Assembly (NCBI GenBank): GCA_050250895.1
Contig: JBFWNU010000005.1
Coordinates: forward strand, 288,001 to 352,000
Length of the DNA stretch: 64,000 nt
Direction of reading: 5' to 3'
DNA from: Vulcanimicrobiota bacterium
Lineage (GTDB): Bacteria > Vulcanimicrobiota > Xenobia > Xenobiales > JADMJV01
Part shown: in pieces, positions 1 to 10,359 of the stretch
How positions within the stretch are numbered: position 1 is the first letter of the stretch
Layout of the letters: every line of letters begins with the position of its first letter
Program-made: the position numbers and the translations under genes
The notes under the pieces: generated by a model
Seen by the model: only the letters and a program-made list of their open reading frames with translations
Told to the model about the DNA's origin: nothing
The model's database searches: none

Positions 1-963
1 AACGCCGAGGTGCTCGAGCGGTTGGCCTCAGAACATGAGATCGCCCGTCATCTGCTCGAGTATCGCAAGCTTGAAAAGCTGATCAACACCTACGTCGATG
101 TGCTGGCCCGCGAACTCAACCCCGACACCGGTCGCATCCACACCACCTTTCAGCAGACGGCCGGGGCCACCGGACGCCTCATCACGGCCGAGCCCGACCT
201 GCAGAGAACCCCGGTCAAAACCGACGAAGGCCGGCGTATTCGCCACGCCTTCGTGGCCAGGCCCGCGACCACGTTCGTGGTGGCCGACTGGAGCCAGATC
301 GAACTGCGGGTCATGGCCCACTTTTCCAAGGACCCGGCCCTGGTCGAGGCCTTCGCCCACGACCTCGACATTCACCGACGCACCGCCAGCCAACTCTTTG
401 ATTGCAGCGTCGACGAGGTCACCAAGCCCCAGCGCGAGATTGCCAAGACGGTCAACTTCGCCACCATCTACGGCCAGGGCGCCACCGCCCTGGGTCAGAT
501 CCTGGGCATCCCTCGCAAAGAGGCCCAGGAATACATCGACCGTTACTTTCGTTCCTACGCCGGCGTGCGTACCTGGCTCGACACCACCATCGAGTACGCT
601 CGGGCCGACGGTTGGGTGGCGACTTTGACCGGTCGGCGTCGCTACATACCAGAGCTGTTCAGCAAGAACTTCATGGACCGCCAGGCGGGCGAGCGGATCG
701 CTGCCAACACCCCCATTCAGGGTTCCGCTGCCGATATCTGCAAGCTGGCCATGCTGGGCATCAACCGCCAGTTCAAAGAGCGTGGTCTCAAGACCGACAT
801 GCTCTTGCAGATCCACGACGAGTTGATCTTCGAGGCTCCGCCCGAAGAGGTCGAAACAGTGCTCGAGGTGGTCAAGCATCAGATGGAGCACGTGGTCCAA
901 CTCGAGGTGCCGCTCAAGGCCGAACTCGGGGTCGGCCCCAACTGGGCCGAGGCCAAAGCCTGA
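1..963 (+). CDS. polA: DNA polymerase I family A polymerase domain (5'-truncated by window edge)
   Basis: Motif A (ADWSQIELRVMAH), motif B (REIAKTVNFATIYG), NTPIQGSAADI, motif C (LQIHDELIFE). Confidence 0.93.
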   Translation, partial: NAEVLERLASEHEIARHLLEYRKLEKLINTYVDVLARELNPDTGRIHTTFQQTAGATGRLITAEPDLQRTPVKTDEGRRIRHAFVARPATTFVVADWSQIELRVMAHFSKDPALVEAFAHDLDIHRRTASQLFDCSVDEVTKPQREIAKTVNFATIYGQGATALGQILGIPRKEAQEYIDRYFRSYAGVRTWLDTTIEYARADGWVATLTGRRRYIPELFSKNFMDRQAGERIAANTPIQGSAADICKLAMLGINRQFKERGLKTDMLLQIHDELIFEAPPEEVETVLEVVKHQMEHVVQLEVPLKAELGVGPNWAEAKA

Positions 964-1010
964 CAGAAAAATTTAAGCCCGCCCGCGTAGGATGGCGGTG
1001 GAGGACTACC

Positions 1011-1496
1011 ATGCGAGTTCAAACGCTAGCCTCCAACCAGCCGCTCTCACTGAAGAACGTCTTTCAGCGACCGAAGGATGAGTCCGAGTTCATCCAGGGC
1101 CAGTCGTTGTCCCACGATATTTTCATCGCCTCGGAGCATATGGGCGAGACTTCCGCCGCCGTGATTGGCGTCATGGGTGGGATGTTTCTGGCCACCAAGG
1201 CTCTGCCAGACGTGGCTCCCATCTTGACGGTGCTGGGCGGTGGCTATATCGGCTACAAAGCCTCGCGCGGCTTTTGCGGACTGGCCAATGCGGCTGGCAA
1301 CTTGACCACCCGGGCCACCGGCTCGGCCGGAGCGGGTCGCTTCGTTCGCATCGGACTCAAGGTCGGCGTGGGTGCCGCCCTGGCCCAAACGGCTAGCCCC
1401 GTGGGCGCCGCTTCGGTGGTGGCCAGCAGCGTTGTCTTCGGCGGGGCGGCGCACGGCCTGGTTGCTTGGGCAAAGGCGACGAAGGACGGCGAGTGA
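1011..1496 (+). CDS. hypothetical membrane protein
   Basis: GGAGG SD before ATG 1011; Gly/Ala-rich hydrophobic segments; stop overlaps next start (GTGA). Confidence 0.65.
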   Translation: MRVQTLASNQPLSLKNVFQRPKDESEFIQGQSLSHDIFIASEHMGETSAAVIGVMGGMFLATKALPDVAPILTVLGGGYIGYKASRGFCGLANAAGNLTTRATGSAGAGRFVRIGLKVGVGAALAQTASPVGAASVVASSVVFGGAAHGLVAWAKATKDGE

Positions 1497-2071
1497 GGGT
1501 CGCTCTTCTACTGTTCTCTTTGCTGTTGGCCGGCTGCGGGCCGAGCTACAAGCATCCGCCCGGGTCGCTCCAGCTCGACGAGCCCAAGCAAACCAACCTC
1601 AAAGACGGCCCGACCTGGGAGATCGACGACTATAAGCTGGTCGGTCTAGCCACCTTCGAACTGGAAGCGCTGGTCATTCTCAGGGCAACCTTTGGCTCGG
1701 GCAGCGGGCGAGAGGCGGACCTTTCGCCCCTCGATCTCACCCTGGCCTGGGGCCCGGCCGCCGACTCGGCCTTTCTCCGTAAGATCAACTTCCGCCACTC
1801 AGGGCGCTTCTATTACTATGACTGGAAAGATCCCGGGGTGGACGGCTCGCTGCTGGGCAGCCACACCGCCAACATGCACATGATCCCCGCCGATGCCTCG
1901 GTGGCCGACCAGCTGATGGCGGTCGAGCGCGATGACATCGTGACCCTCAAGGGTCATCTGGTCCGGGTCGATGGCGAGGATGGCTGGCATTGGCAGAGTT
2001 CCATGACCAGAAAGGACAGCGGGGCAGGGAGCTGTGAGTTGGTCAGGGTGACGACGATCGGTATTCAGTAG
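1493..2071 (+). CDS. putative lipoprotein, conserved hypothetical
   Basis: Lipobox LLAGC after hydrophobic leader; motifs LSPLDLTLAWG, ANMHMIPA, RKDSGAGSCE. Confidence 0.75.
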   Translation: MRVALLLFSLLLAGCGPSYKHPPGSLQLDEPKQTNLKDGPTWEIDDYKLVGLATFELEALVILRATFGSGSGREADLSPLDLTLAWGPAADSAFLRKINFRHSGRFYYYDWKDPGVDGSLLGSHTANMHMIPADASVADQLMAVERDDIVTLKGHLVRVDGEDGWHWQSSMTRKDSGAGSCELVRVTTIGIQ

Positions 2072-2114
2072 TTTTTCGAGGTGTCCCGTCCAAGCATCGC
2101 GAAAGGCGTGTTCG

Positions 2115-4907
2115 ATGGGGCTGTCTGACCGGAAATCCGGCCGTTGGATTGGGATCGTGCTGGTGCCGCTGCTTCTGTTTGGACTCGTAGTCGTGCTTTA
2201 CCTCGTCAACAACCACTACGGTGACGAGCAGGCCAGGTGGGAAGAGCGCCTGGCGGGCCTCGCCGAGCACCAGCAGAACGTGGTCGAGAATTGGTGCGAA
2301 CGCGCTTTGGAAGACAGCCAAATGGTGGCCAATTGGCCCAGTTGTCGCACTTTGTTGGGCGCGGCGAGCAGTCACCAGCACCACCCCGGCGACGGTCACC
2401 TCGAGCAAATCTTGAGCACTCTGCTCACGATCCGGCGCGTTGATGGGGTTGTCCTGGTGGACCAGCAGGGGCACCCGGTCGCCTCTGAGGGCAAGCTCTT
2501 TCTGGAACCAGAGGAGTTGCACCGAACTCTGGCTGATGTCGACCACGTCCATCTCAGCTTGCGGCCAGCGGGGGCCGTCATTTCCTGCGCCGCCCCGGTC
2601 GAGCATCAGGGCCACACTCTGGGCCATGCCGTGTTAATTTACGACGCTCGGACCGACCTTTACCCCGAACTGATCACCGAGCCGGTGCCCACCCGCACCG
2701 GCGAGAGTCTGTTGGTGCGACCCAAAGGCCAAAGTCTGGGGTTCTTGTCGCCGACCCGAGGGCGGGCCAAGCCGGCCCTGACTCGGGCGGAGATAGCCAA
2801 GTTGCTGACCACCTTAACCCCATCGGGCCAGGCTGCGTCGTTGTCCACGCTAAGCTTTGACGGTCATTCGGTCTTGGTGGCCGCGCGTCCCATCGCCAGG
2901 ACCCACTGGTGGTTGTTGGTCAAGATCGACTCGGACGAGGCTCTCCAGAACGCCCGCTGGGTGAGCGGCGTGCTGGCTGCCACCTTTTTATGCTGGTTGG
3001 CCGCGGTCGGGGGGTTGGGCTTTGGTCTTTGGCGCGAGCAGTGGACCCAGGCTCGGCTGGCTCAGACGCGGCTGGGCTCGCTGCTCGATCGGGCTCCCGA
3101 TGCCATCTTGTGGCTGTCGGAGTCGGGGCGAGTGCTCGAGGCCAGCCGGGGGGCGACCAAAGTTTATGGCTATCCCGAGGAGAAGTTCAGTGAGCTTGGG
3201 CTGACCGAGCTTCTGGCTGAACCCGTCCAGGCCAGGGAGGTGCTCGAGAGCCTGCGCCAGCAAGACGCCGAGAGTTTGTTCTTTGGGCAGCATCGGCGCG
3301 CCAACGGAGAGAGCTTTACGGTCGAGTGCCGTGGCTCGTACCTCGACGACGGTTTTCTGCTGGTGCTGCGCGACATCTCGGACCGACTCGAGCAAGAGAA
3401 GCAGTTGCGCCAGTTGTGGCAGGCCATCGAGCAGAGCCCGGCGGCGGCGGTGATTACCGACCTGGAAGGGGTGATCGAGTATGTCAGCCCCGCCTTTACT
3501 CGGATCACCGGCTATCTGGCTGAAGAGGCGCTGGGGAGAAACGTGGCCATGCTGGCGTCCGGTTTGACACCGCCCGAGGACCACCAGGAGATGTGGGCCA
3601 CCATTCGCGCCGGTCGCGTGTGGCACGGCGAGTTCTGCAATCGCCGCAAGAGTGGCGAGATTTACTGGGAGTTCGACACCATTGCCCCTTCTCTCGACTC
3701 TGACGGTCAGCCCATCAACTACATTGCCATCAAAGAAGATATCACGGCCGCCCGGGCTGCCCGCGAGCAACTCGAACAGGCCCGTCATGAACTCGAACAG
3801 GCTCAGAAACTCGAAGCGGTAGGCCGGCTGGCGGCCGGCGTTGCCCATGACTACAACAACCTGTTGACGATTCTGCTGGGCGATTTGCACCTGCTCGACC
3901 AGACGGATGAGCCCGACGAGGTGGCTCAGATCAAGGCCGAGATGCGAGCGACCTGCGATCAGGCTCAAGGTCTGACCCGTCAATTGCTGGCCTTTAGTCG
4001 TCGCCAGGAACTCGCGCCCACGGTGCTCGAAATGAACGAAGCTCTGGAGCGGTGCTCTGTCCTGCTGCGGCGTCTGGTGGGTGAACAGATCGAGCTGACG
4101 GTGACAAAATCCGACGAAGCGGTCTATTGCCTGCTGGATCCGATTCGACTGGAGCAACTGTTGCTCAACCTTGTGGTCAACGCCCGCGACGCCGTCGGCG
4201 AGAGTGGCCACATCAGGATTCGCCTCGGCCGCCGCATCCTAAACGAGAGCCGGGCCTGGGTCGGGGGCAGCCTCGGGCCCGGCGACTTCGTGGTGCTCGA
4301 GGTCGAAGACGACGGCCATGGCATGGATGCCGAGACCGTCGGTCGCATCTTCGAGCCGTTCTTTACGACCAAGCCGGCCGGCCGCGGGACCGGCCTGGGT
4401 CTGTCGACCGTGTTCGGCATCGTGAGGCAGAGTGGGGGAGGGCTCTGGGTCGAAAGTGAACCGGGCCGGTTCACTCGTTTCGAGTTGTTGTTTCGGACCT
4501 GCCAGCCGCCGGTCGAGCAAGCCGAACCGGTCCCCCCTCCGGTGCCGAGGCTGCCCCAGGCGCGCATCCTGGTGGTCGAGGACGACCGCACCATTCGGCG
4601 AGTCCTCGCGAGAATCTTGACCCGCCTGGGTCAGCAGGTTGTGGTGGTCGAGGACGGGACCTCCGCGCTCGAGACGGCCCGATCCGAATCCTTCGACCTG
4701 ATGATCAGCGATGTCGTCTTGCCCGGGATAGGTGGGCTCGAGTTGGCGGGGCGGGTGGCCGAATTTCATCCAGGTATCAAAGTGCTCTTCATGTCAGGCT
4801 ACCACGATGTTGAAGACCAGTTGACAGCCTCGGACCACTACTTTCTTCCCAAGCCTTTCACGGCCGCCGAACTCGAGGCCAAGTTGGGGGTCGTGTTCGC
4901 CCAATGA
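2115..4907 (+). CDS. hybrid PAS sensor histidine kinase / response regulator
   Basis: Two TM segments, two PAS domains, H-box GVAHDYNNLL, N-box LNLVVNARDA, FEPFFTTK, GTGLGLS, C-terminal REC domain. Confidence 0.95.
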   Translation: MGLSDRKSGRWIGIVLVPLLLFGLVVVLYLVNNHYGDEQARWEERLAGLAEHQQNVVENWCERALEDSQMVANWPSCRTLLGAASSHQHHPGDGHLEQILSTLLTIRRVDGVVLVDQQGHPVASEGKLFLEPEELHRTLADVDHVHLSLRPAGAVISCAAPVEHQGHTLGHAVLIYDARTDLYPELITEPVPTRTGESLLVRPKGQSLGFLSPTRGRAKPALTRAEIAKLLTTLTPSGQAASLSTLSFDGHSVLVAARPIARTHWWLLVKIDSDEALQNARWVSGVLAATFLCWLAAVGGLGFGLWREQWTQARLAQTRLGSLLDRAPDAILWLSESGRVLEASRGATKVYGYPEEKFSELGLTELLAEPVQAREVLESLRQQDAESLFFGQHRRANGESFTVECRGSYLDDGFLLVLRDISDRLEQEKQLRQLWQAIEQSPAAAVITDLEGVIEYVSPAFTRITGYLAEEALGRNVAMLASGLTPPEDHQEMWATIRAGRVWHGEFCNRRKSGEIYWEFDTIAPSLDSDGQPINYIAIKEDITAARAAREQLEQARHELEQAQKLEAVGRLAAGVAHDYNNLLTILLGDLHLLDQTDEPDEVAQIKAEMRATCDQAQGLTRQLLAFSRRQELAPTVLEMNEALERCSVLLRRLVGEQIELTVTKSDEAVYCLLDPIRLEQLLLNLVVNARDAVGESGHIRIRLGRRILNESRAWVGGSLGPGDFVVLEVEDDGHGMDAETVGRIFEPFFTTKPAGRGTGLGLSTVFGIVRQSGGGLWVESEPGRFTRFELLFRTCQPPVEQAEPVPPPVPRLPQARILVVEDDRTIRRVLARILTRLGQQVVVVEDGTSALETARSESFDLMISDVVLPGIGGLELAGRVAEFHPGIKVLFMSGYHDVEDQLTASDHYFLPKPFTAAELEAKLGVVFAQ

Positions 4908-4989
4908 GGTTGGCCTGGCGTTCGGCGAGCGCTACAGTTTCGATACAACTTCGCCATACTTTTCGACAAGTTCGAGCTATGCTGGCAAG

Positions 4990-6741
4990 GTGGTCGAAAC
5001 AAGCGCACAAGCCCTGCATCCCAGGATTCGACTGGGCGGCTACTGGCTGGAACGGGTGTTGGGTCGAGGCGGCATGGGCACCGTGTTCCTGGCTCGGAGC
5101 CAGTCCGGTCAACGGTTTGCGGTAAAGCAGATCTCGGATACCACCGACCAGGGCCGATTGCAGTTTCGACGTGAGGCTGAATTGTTGGCCCGCCTGTCGC
5201 ATCCCCATCTGGTCACCTACCATGACTTCATCGAAGTCGAAGAGCGTCAATATCTGGTCATGGACTACGTCGAGGGTCTGACTTTGGCCGAGAAGATGAA
5301 TCTGCGGGATCGCCCCTTTCCGGTGGGGCAAGTGCTGGAGTGGGCACTGCAGTTGTGCCGCCTCCTGGAATACCTTCACGGCCAGAACCCGCCTGTGCTC
5401 TACCGCGACCTCAAGCCGGCCAACATCATGGTCGACGCTCAGGACCGCCTGACCCTGATCGACCTCGGCCTGGCTCGCAGCTTCACTCCCGATACTCCCA
5501 CCGAGCCCTTTCTGCGAGGAGTCGGCTCACAGGGTTACGCGCCTCTCGAGCAATACTCGGGTTCGGGCGGGACCGACCCTCGCTCGGATCTTTACTCGCT
5601 GGGAGCGACGCTCTATCACCTCTTGACGGGACAGGCCCCACCCGATCCTATCGAGGTCCTGGCCCTGCGCCGCAAACGTGTGCCTTTGCGCGACTGGAAT
5701 CCGCTGGTGCCTCTCTGGCTCGAGCCGGTCATCGACCGCTTGCTGGCCATCCAGCCTGGCGAACGCTATGAATCGGCCCAGGCGGTGGGCCAGGCCCTGG
5801 CGCGCCTGGCTGATCGTCTCACCGAAATGGAGCGCGCCACCGAGCTTTTGCCCGAGCATCCGCCCGCTCCCCGGCGTCGCCCGCGCGCGTTGGTGGCCGG
5901 ACTGGTGGCGGTGAGCCTGCTGGTGGGAGCCGGCCTCTCTCCGAACCCGCAGTTATCGGTGCCCAGCACGTCCTCGCTCCCCTTCGTTTCGCAACTAGCC
6001 GCCGCCGTTCCCTCGTTCGAGATGCCCCGGCTACCCCATCCTTTGCCAGAGTTGTCGGTGTTCCGCTCGAACCGTGCCAGACCAGCCGAACCGGTCGAGG
6101 TTAAGCTGGAGCCGGCTCAGCCGGCGGCCGTGGCCGTCGAGTCGGTGACCCCCGAGCCCTTACCCACACCTGGCTATCCCCGGTCCACCCGTCGGGCCCT
6201 TCAGCCCCGGGCGGACCGGCCCCAGGCGGTCGCGCCCGTCATCGCGGCGGTGCTTCCCCAGGCTCCCAAAGAGCAGCCGAAGCCTCAACCTGGCGCCCCT
6301 CTGCCTCCGCCTCCGCAAAAGCCTCCCCAGGTGGTGACCGTCACGGTGCCGGTCACCCTGCCAATCACCAACCCGGGCCAGTCGGGGCCGATCACTACGC
6401 CGGGCAACTCGGGGCCCATCAAGGCCGCCAGCGCTACCACCGTCTCGGTGGCCAGCCAGCCCGACCCGACCACGCCGGTAGCGGTTACCACCACCAGCGA
6501 CAATCAACCAGCGAACAGCGAGAGCCAGCCCAATCAGACCGCGGCCAGCCCGGGCGAAAGTGAGCCAGCGCCAGGCTCTCAGGCCGAGGGTGGCAAGGGG
6601 CAAAGTGACAACCCGCCCCAGAACAACAAGCAGGGCAACCCGAACAGTGGCGGGGGGCAGGGCAATAACGCGGGCGAGGGCCAGAACAACAATGGCGGAG
6701 GGGGTCAGCCTCCTCGTGGTGGGGGTGGGCGCAGCCGCTAG
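4990..6741 (+). CDS. Ser/Thr protein kinase with TM and low-complexity Pro/Gly/Asn-rich tail
   Basis: GRGGMGTV, AVK, YRDLKPANI, DLG, DLYSLG motifs. Confidence 0.93.
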   Translation: MVETSAQALHPRIRLGGYWLERVLGRGGMGTVFLARSQSGQRFAVKQISDTTDQGRLQFRREAELLARLSHPHLVTYHDFIEVEERQYLVMDYVEGLTLAEKMNLRDRPFPVGQVLEWALQLCRLLEYLHGQNPPVLYRDLKPANIMVDAQDRLTLIDLGLARSFTPDTPTEPFLRGVGSQGYAPLEQYSGSGGTDPRSDLYSLGATLYHLLTGQAPPDPIEVLALRRKRVPLRDWNPLVPLWLEPVIDRLLAIQPGERYESAQAVGQALARLADRLTEMERATELLPEHPPAPRRRPRALVAGLVAVSLLVGAGLSPNPQLSVPSTSSLPFVSQLAAAVPSFEMPRLPHPLPELSVFRSNRARPAEPVEVKLEPAQPAAVAVESVTPEPLPTPGYPRSTRRALQPRADRPQAVAPVIAAVLPQAPKEQPKPQPGAPLPPPPQKPPQVVTVTVPVTLPITNPGQSGPITTPGNSGPIKAASATTVSVASQPDPTTPVAVTTTSDNQPANSESQPNQTAASPGESEPAPGSQAEGGKGQSDNPPQNNKQGNPNSGGGQGNNAGEGQNNNGGGGQPPRGGGGRSR

Positions 6742-7547
6742 AGGCCTTGCTGATTGAGCTGGGTGTAGGCCTCTTCGAGTTGCACGACCAGCGCCTGCAA
6801 CGGCTCGACATGGCGACGCTGGTCGACAGGCAGGTAGTATTGGGGCTCAGCTTGCATCCAGGCGTCGCGGGCCGCGAAGACCTCTTCGAACCGGTTCCTG
6901 GGATTGCTGATGCCCTCTTCGAGTGCCACCCGCAGGTTGCGGCTGCTTTCGACCAGACCCAGCAAGGTCTGGCGCACAGCCGCGTCGCGCCCATCGGGGC
7001 GCATCGGTTGGTTGCGCAGGTTGTTCCAGATCGAAGCCGTCTGCTGCTCGACCACCCGGGCCAGATTGAGGATCCCTTCGGGAGTGTAGACCTGCGAGGG
7101 CGGCCGGTGGATTTGGGTATTGGGGCGAGCCGCCGCCGTTGGCAGAGCCACTCCTGAGAAATTGGACCACTGCTCGAGAATCTCTTGGTGCGCCTGATCG
7201 ATCGCGGCCGGCGTAACCTTCGGTATGGTGTAGAGCGCACGTTGAGGTTGGCCCTGGGCATCGAGTTGCACCAGGGCGACGGCCACCAGATCGGTCTTGC
7301 GAATACCGAGCATTCTCTGACAGAATTCGGCTTCGCGAGGGCGGTCGAAGTGCATCGTGCCCATCTGCAACTGGGTCAGGCCCGCCTCGCCGCGGAGCTG
7401 GTTGAGCCGTTCGACAACCCCCTGTTCGGCCGGAGCGATCTGGTCGCCGGAGGGGCCGATGATCAGGACCAGGAGCTTGTCGGGCGCGGTCTGGGCCGCG
7501 GCCGGCAGGAGGAGCAACAGGCTAAGTATCAGGATCAGTTTCTTCAT
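6738..7547 (-). CDS. secreted hypothetical protein
   Basis: Signal peptide MKKLILILSLLLLLPAAA; start overlaps stop of upstream gene. Confidence 0.75.
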   Translation of the reverse strand: MKKLILILSLLLLLPAAAQTAPDKLLVLIIGPSGDQIAPAEQGVVERLNQLRGEAGLTQLQMGTMHFDRPREAEFCQRMLGIRKTDLVAVALVQLDAQGQPQRALYTIPKVTPAAIDQAHQEILEQWSNFSGVALPTAAARPNTQIHRPPSQVYTPEGILNLARVVEQQTASIWNNLRNQPMRPDGRDAAVRQTLLGLVESSRNLRVALEEGISNPRNRFEEVFAARDAWMQAEPQYYLPVDQRRHVEPLQALVVQLEEAYTQLNQQGL

Positions 7548-8275
7548 GAGTTCGGTATAGGAGTAAACAACGGTCGGGGGGCTGGAGTTGCGCGCGGTGG
7601 GGGCGGAACCGGTGAAGGTCGCACCACCGGCGGCGGAGCCGGCCGGGGATAGGTTCTGGGCGCGGGTGGCGGCGTCCAACTGGGTCGATAGGGAGCGGGC
7701 GCGGGCGCGGGCGGCCGCGGCACAGGACGTGGCGGCTCGAACACCGGCGGAGGCGCCGGCTGGTAGATCGGGATGGCCTCGGGCTCGAAGCGCACCGTCA
7801 CTTTTTGGCCGGGCCGCAGGTCGACCGACTTCACCACCGGTAGATAGCCTTCGGCCGTCAGAACCAGCGGATGCCGTCCGGGAACCAGCTCGAGTCGCTG
7901 GGGAGACTTCCATTCTTGCTCGCCTGACTTGACCGTGTACACTTCGGGCCCGTCGACCTCGAGCTTGACCTGGCTCTTGAGTGGTTCGAGCATCTCGACC
8001 AGCAACCTGGCTTCGGGCCCGGCCTCGAGACGGGCGGGCGCAAAACCCTCTTTGGCCACCTCGACCGAAGCACCCGACTCGGGAAGGCTGAGCTTGCCTT
8101 CGGCGCTGGGGCCACCCTGGATCTCGAGGCGAGCGTCGGAAGGGTAGGCTCGCGCCTCGGCCGGAGCGGGGGGCAGACCCCGCTCGACCGACCACAGCCA
8201 AAGGGTCCAGGCCAGCAGGGCCAGGCTGGCCAAACTGGCCAGGGCCAGGGGCAGATGGCGCCGGTAGGGTCTCAT
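7544..8275 (-). CDS. PEGA-like domain membrane protein with Pro-rich tail
   Basis: N-terminal TM; LVPGRHPLVLTAEGY PEGA-like strand pattern. Confidence 0.7.
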   Translation of the reverse strand: MRPYRRHLPLALASLASLALLAWTLWLWSVERGLPPAPAEARAYPSDARLEIQGGPSAEGKLSLPESGASVEVAKEGFAPARLEAGPEARLLVEMLEPLKSQVKLEVDGPEVYTVKSGEQEWKSPQRLELVPGRHPLVLTAEGYLPVVKSVDLRPGQKVTVRFEPEAIPIYQPAPPPVFEPPRPVPRPPAPAPAPYRPSWTPPPAPRTYPRPAPPPVVRPSPVPPPPRATPAPRPLFTPIPNS

Positions 8276-8315
8276 TGGAAAGAAAATTCAAGCTCGGCCA
8301 GGCACAGTCCTGGGA

Positions 8316-8969
8316 GTGACCGAATTGGTCTGGGTGGCTCGCGACTGGATCTTAGGGGGATTGGTGCTGGTCCTGGTGGTCGGCACCTATCTGGCCCTCT
8401 CGCGCCAGGTCGATGAAGTGCCCGACCGCCGTCAGGCAGACGCCTGGCTGCTGGGACGCTCGGAAGGCGTTGAAGGCGGTCGACGACTGTACCTGCGCGG
8501 CCAGTTTGTGGATTGTCTCAGAGGCTCGCCCCCCCAAGACCTGCGGCAACTCGCCGAGGACGCCTGGCTGGTCGAGTGCGACTGGCCGGCCCGGGTTGAG
8601 GCCCACCTGCGACGGGATCTCGACAGCGACGGAGAAAGTGACCTGATCAAGCTGGTGGCCGACGGTGACAAGCGCCATTTCGTGGTGCTGCGCTCGAGCG
8701 ACTGGAGTCAACTCGAGCCGATCTGGCTCGATCCCCGTGGCAAACCGCTCGACCAGGCGCCCGACCTCGAGGGGGCCGAACTCGAGGCCACCAACCTCAC
8801 CGGCGCCAAGGACTTCGTGGTCAAGACCGAAAGGGGCTGGGCCGTGGGCCGCCAGCAAGACGAGCGGCTTCAGCTCTTCTGGCTAAAAGGCGAGCTCAAC
8901 CTCAAAGACGGCAAACTGTCTCGTGACGGTGAGGAGCTTCGCTGGCAGAACGGCGCCTTCAGCGACTGA
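8316..8969 (+). CDS. hypothetical membrane-anchored protein
   Basis: N-terminal TM, DLDSDGESD FG-GAP/EF-like loop, fills gap between genes. Confidence 0.65.
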   Translation: MTELVWVARDWILGGLVLVLVVGTYLALSRQVDEVPDRRQADAWLLGRSEGVEGGRRLYLRGQFVDCLRGSPPQDLRQLAEDAWLVECDWPARVEAHLRRDLDSDGESDLIKLVADGDKRHFVVLRSSDWSQLEPIWLDPRGKPLDQAPDLEGAELEATNLTGAKDFVVKTERGWAVGRQQDERLQLFWLKGELNLKDGKLSRDGEELRWQNGAFSD

Positions 8970-9057
8970 CCCGCGGGCGGCGAGGGCGGCGGCCGGGCGC
9001 ACCATTGGGCCGACCGGGCCGGGAAGGACGGCCTCGGCCCGAGACGAAGCCCGATCC

Positions 9058-10359
9058 ATGCTGACCGCCGATGAAATGATGGGCAAAGGTATCCGCTTTC
9101 TGCGGGTCCTCTGGTGCGACAACGCCAACGTGATGCGAGCCAAGGCTGTTCATATAGCCAGCTTGCGCGACGGGTTGGCCCACGGAGTGGGTATCTCCGC
9201 GGCCCAACAGGCGGTCCCGGTGACGGTGGACGCCTTCGAGGCCTCCTCGGGGCTGGGGCCGGTGGGCGAGATTCGCCTGCTGCCGGTGTGGGAGACCTAT
9301 CGCACCTTGCCGTACGCTCCGGGGCACGCCTGCGTGCTGGGCCGGATGCTGCTCGACGGCCAGCCCTGGCCCCACTGCCCCCGCCACTTTCTCGAGCGTA
9401 TGTTGACTCGGGCTGAGGCGGCGGGCTTGAGTTTTCAAGCTGCCTTCGAGAACGAGTTCTATCTGCTCAGGCCGACCGAAGACGGCTTCGAACCGGCCGA
9501 TCAGAGCCTGTTTTGCGCCGTCTCTTCGATGAACCAGAATCATGAGTTCATCGAGGCTCTGTGCGAGTCTTTGCTGGCCCAGGACATTCCCATCGAGCAG
9601 TACTACCCGGAGTCGGGCTATGGCCAGCAAGAGATCTCGGTCAGTCACGCCGACCCGCTCACGGCCGTGCATCGGCAGCTGGCCTTTCGCGAGACGGTCC
9701 ATGCGATTGCCCGGCGGCAGGGGTACCGGGCAACCTTCGTGCCCAAGCTGTACCCCAATCAGGCCGGCTCTGGCTGTCATCTGCATCTGTCGCTCTGGAG
9801 CGGCCAGCAGAACCTCGGTATCGAGGGCGCCGCAGCCTCGTTTATGGCCGGCCTGCTCGAGCATCTGCCGGCTCTGATGGCGATCACCGCGCCCATTCCG
9901 AACTCGTACCGGCGATTGGGTCCTCACCTCTGGAGCGGGGCCTTCGCCTGCTGGGGCATGGACAATCGCGAGGCGGCCTTGCGGGTACCGAGCAACCCGG
10001 GCGGGATGCCCGAGCAGTTCGAGCTCAAGACCCTCGACGGGGCGGCCAATCCCTATCTGGCCCTGGGGGTCGTGCTGGCGGCCGGCCTCGACGGCGTGGC
10101 CCGCGGGCTGGAGCGCCCGGCCCCGGTCGACATCGACCCCGGTCTCTACAGCCACGAAGAACGACGAGCCCGGGGTATCGCCCGCTTGCCCGACTCGCTG
10201 GCTCGCTCGCTCGAGGCTTTCGAGCAAGATCCTGTCCTGCAAGAGGCGATGGGCCCCGAGCTGACCCGTTCGTTTCTGTCGGTGCGCCGCAAAGAACTCG
10301 CCGACCTGGGCGGTTTGCAACTAGAAGAAGAGGTCCGCATCCTGATGGACCGCTACTGA
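9058..10359 (+). CDS. glutamine synthetase family protein (GS-like gamma-glutamyl ligase, FluG C-terminal type)
   Basis: FENEFYL, ESGYGQQEI, GSGCHLHLSL, NSYRRL, WGMDNREAALR, DGAANPYLA. Confidence 0.93.
   Translation: MLTADEMMGKGIRFLRVLWCDNANVMRAKAVHIASLRDGLAHGVGISAAQQAVPVTVDAFEASSGLGPVGEIRLLPVWETYRTLPYAPGHACVLGRMLLDGQPWPHCPRHFLERMLTRAEAAGLSFQAAFENEFYLLRPTEDGFEPADQSLFCAVSSMNQNHEFIEALCESLLAQDIPIEQYYPESGYGQQEISVSHADPLTAVHRQLAFRETVHAIARRQGYRATFVPKLYPNQAGSGCHLHLSLWSGQQNLGIEGAAASFMAGLLEHLPALMAITAPIPNSYRRLGPHLWSGAFACWGMDNREAALRVPSNPGGMPEQFELKTLDGAANPYLALGVVLAAGLDGVARGLERPAPVDIDPGLYSHEERRARGIARLPDSLARSLEAFEQDPVLQEAMGPELTRSFLSVRRKELADLGGLQLEEEVRILMDRY

Noticed and set aside
8967-8980. tgacccgcgggcgg resembling palindrome P
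   Set aside because: Only the left arm matches; expected by chance in GC-rich DNA.
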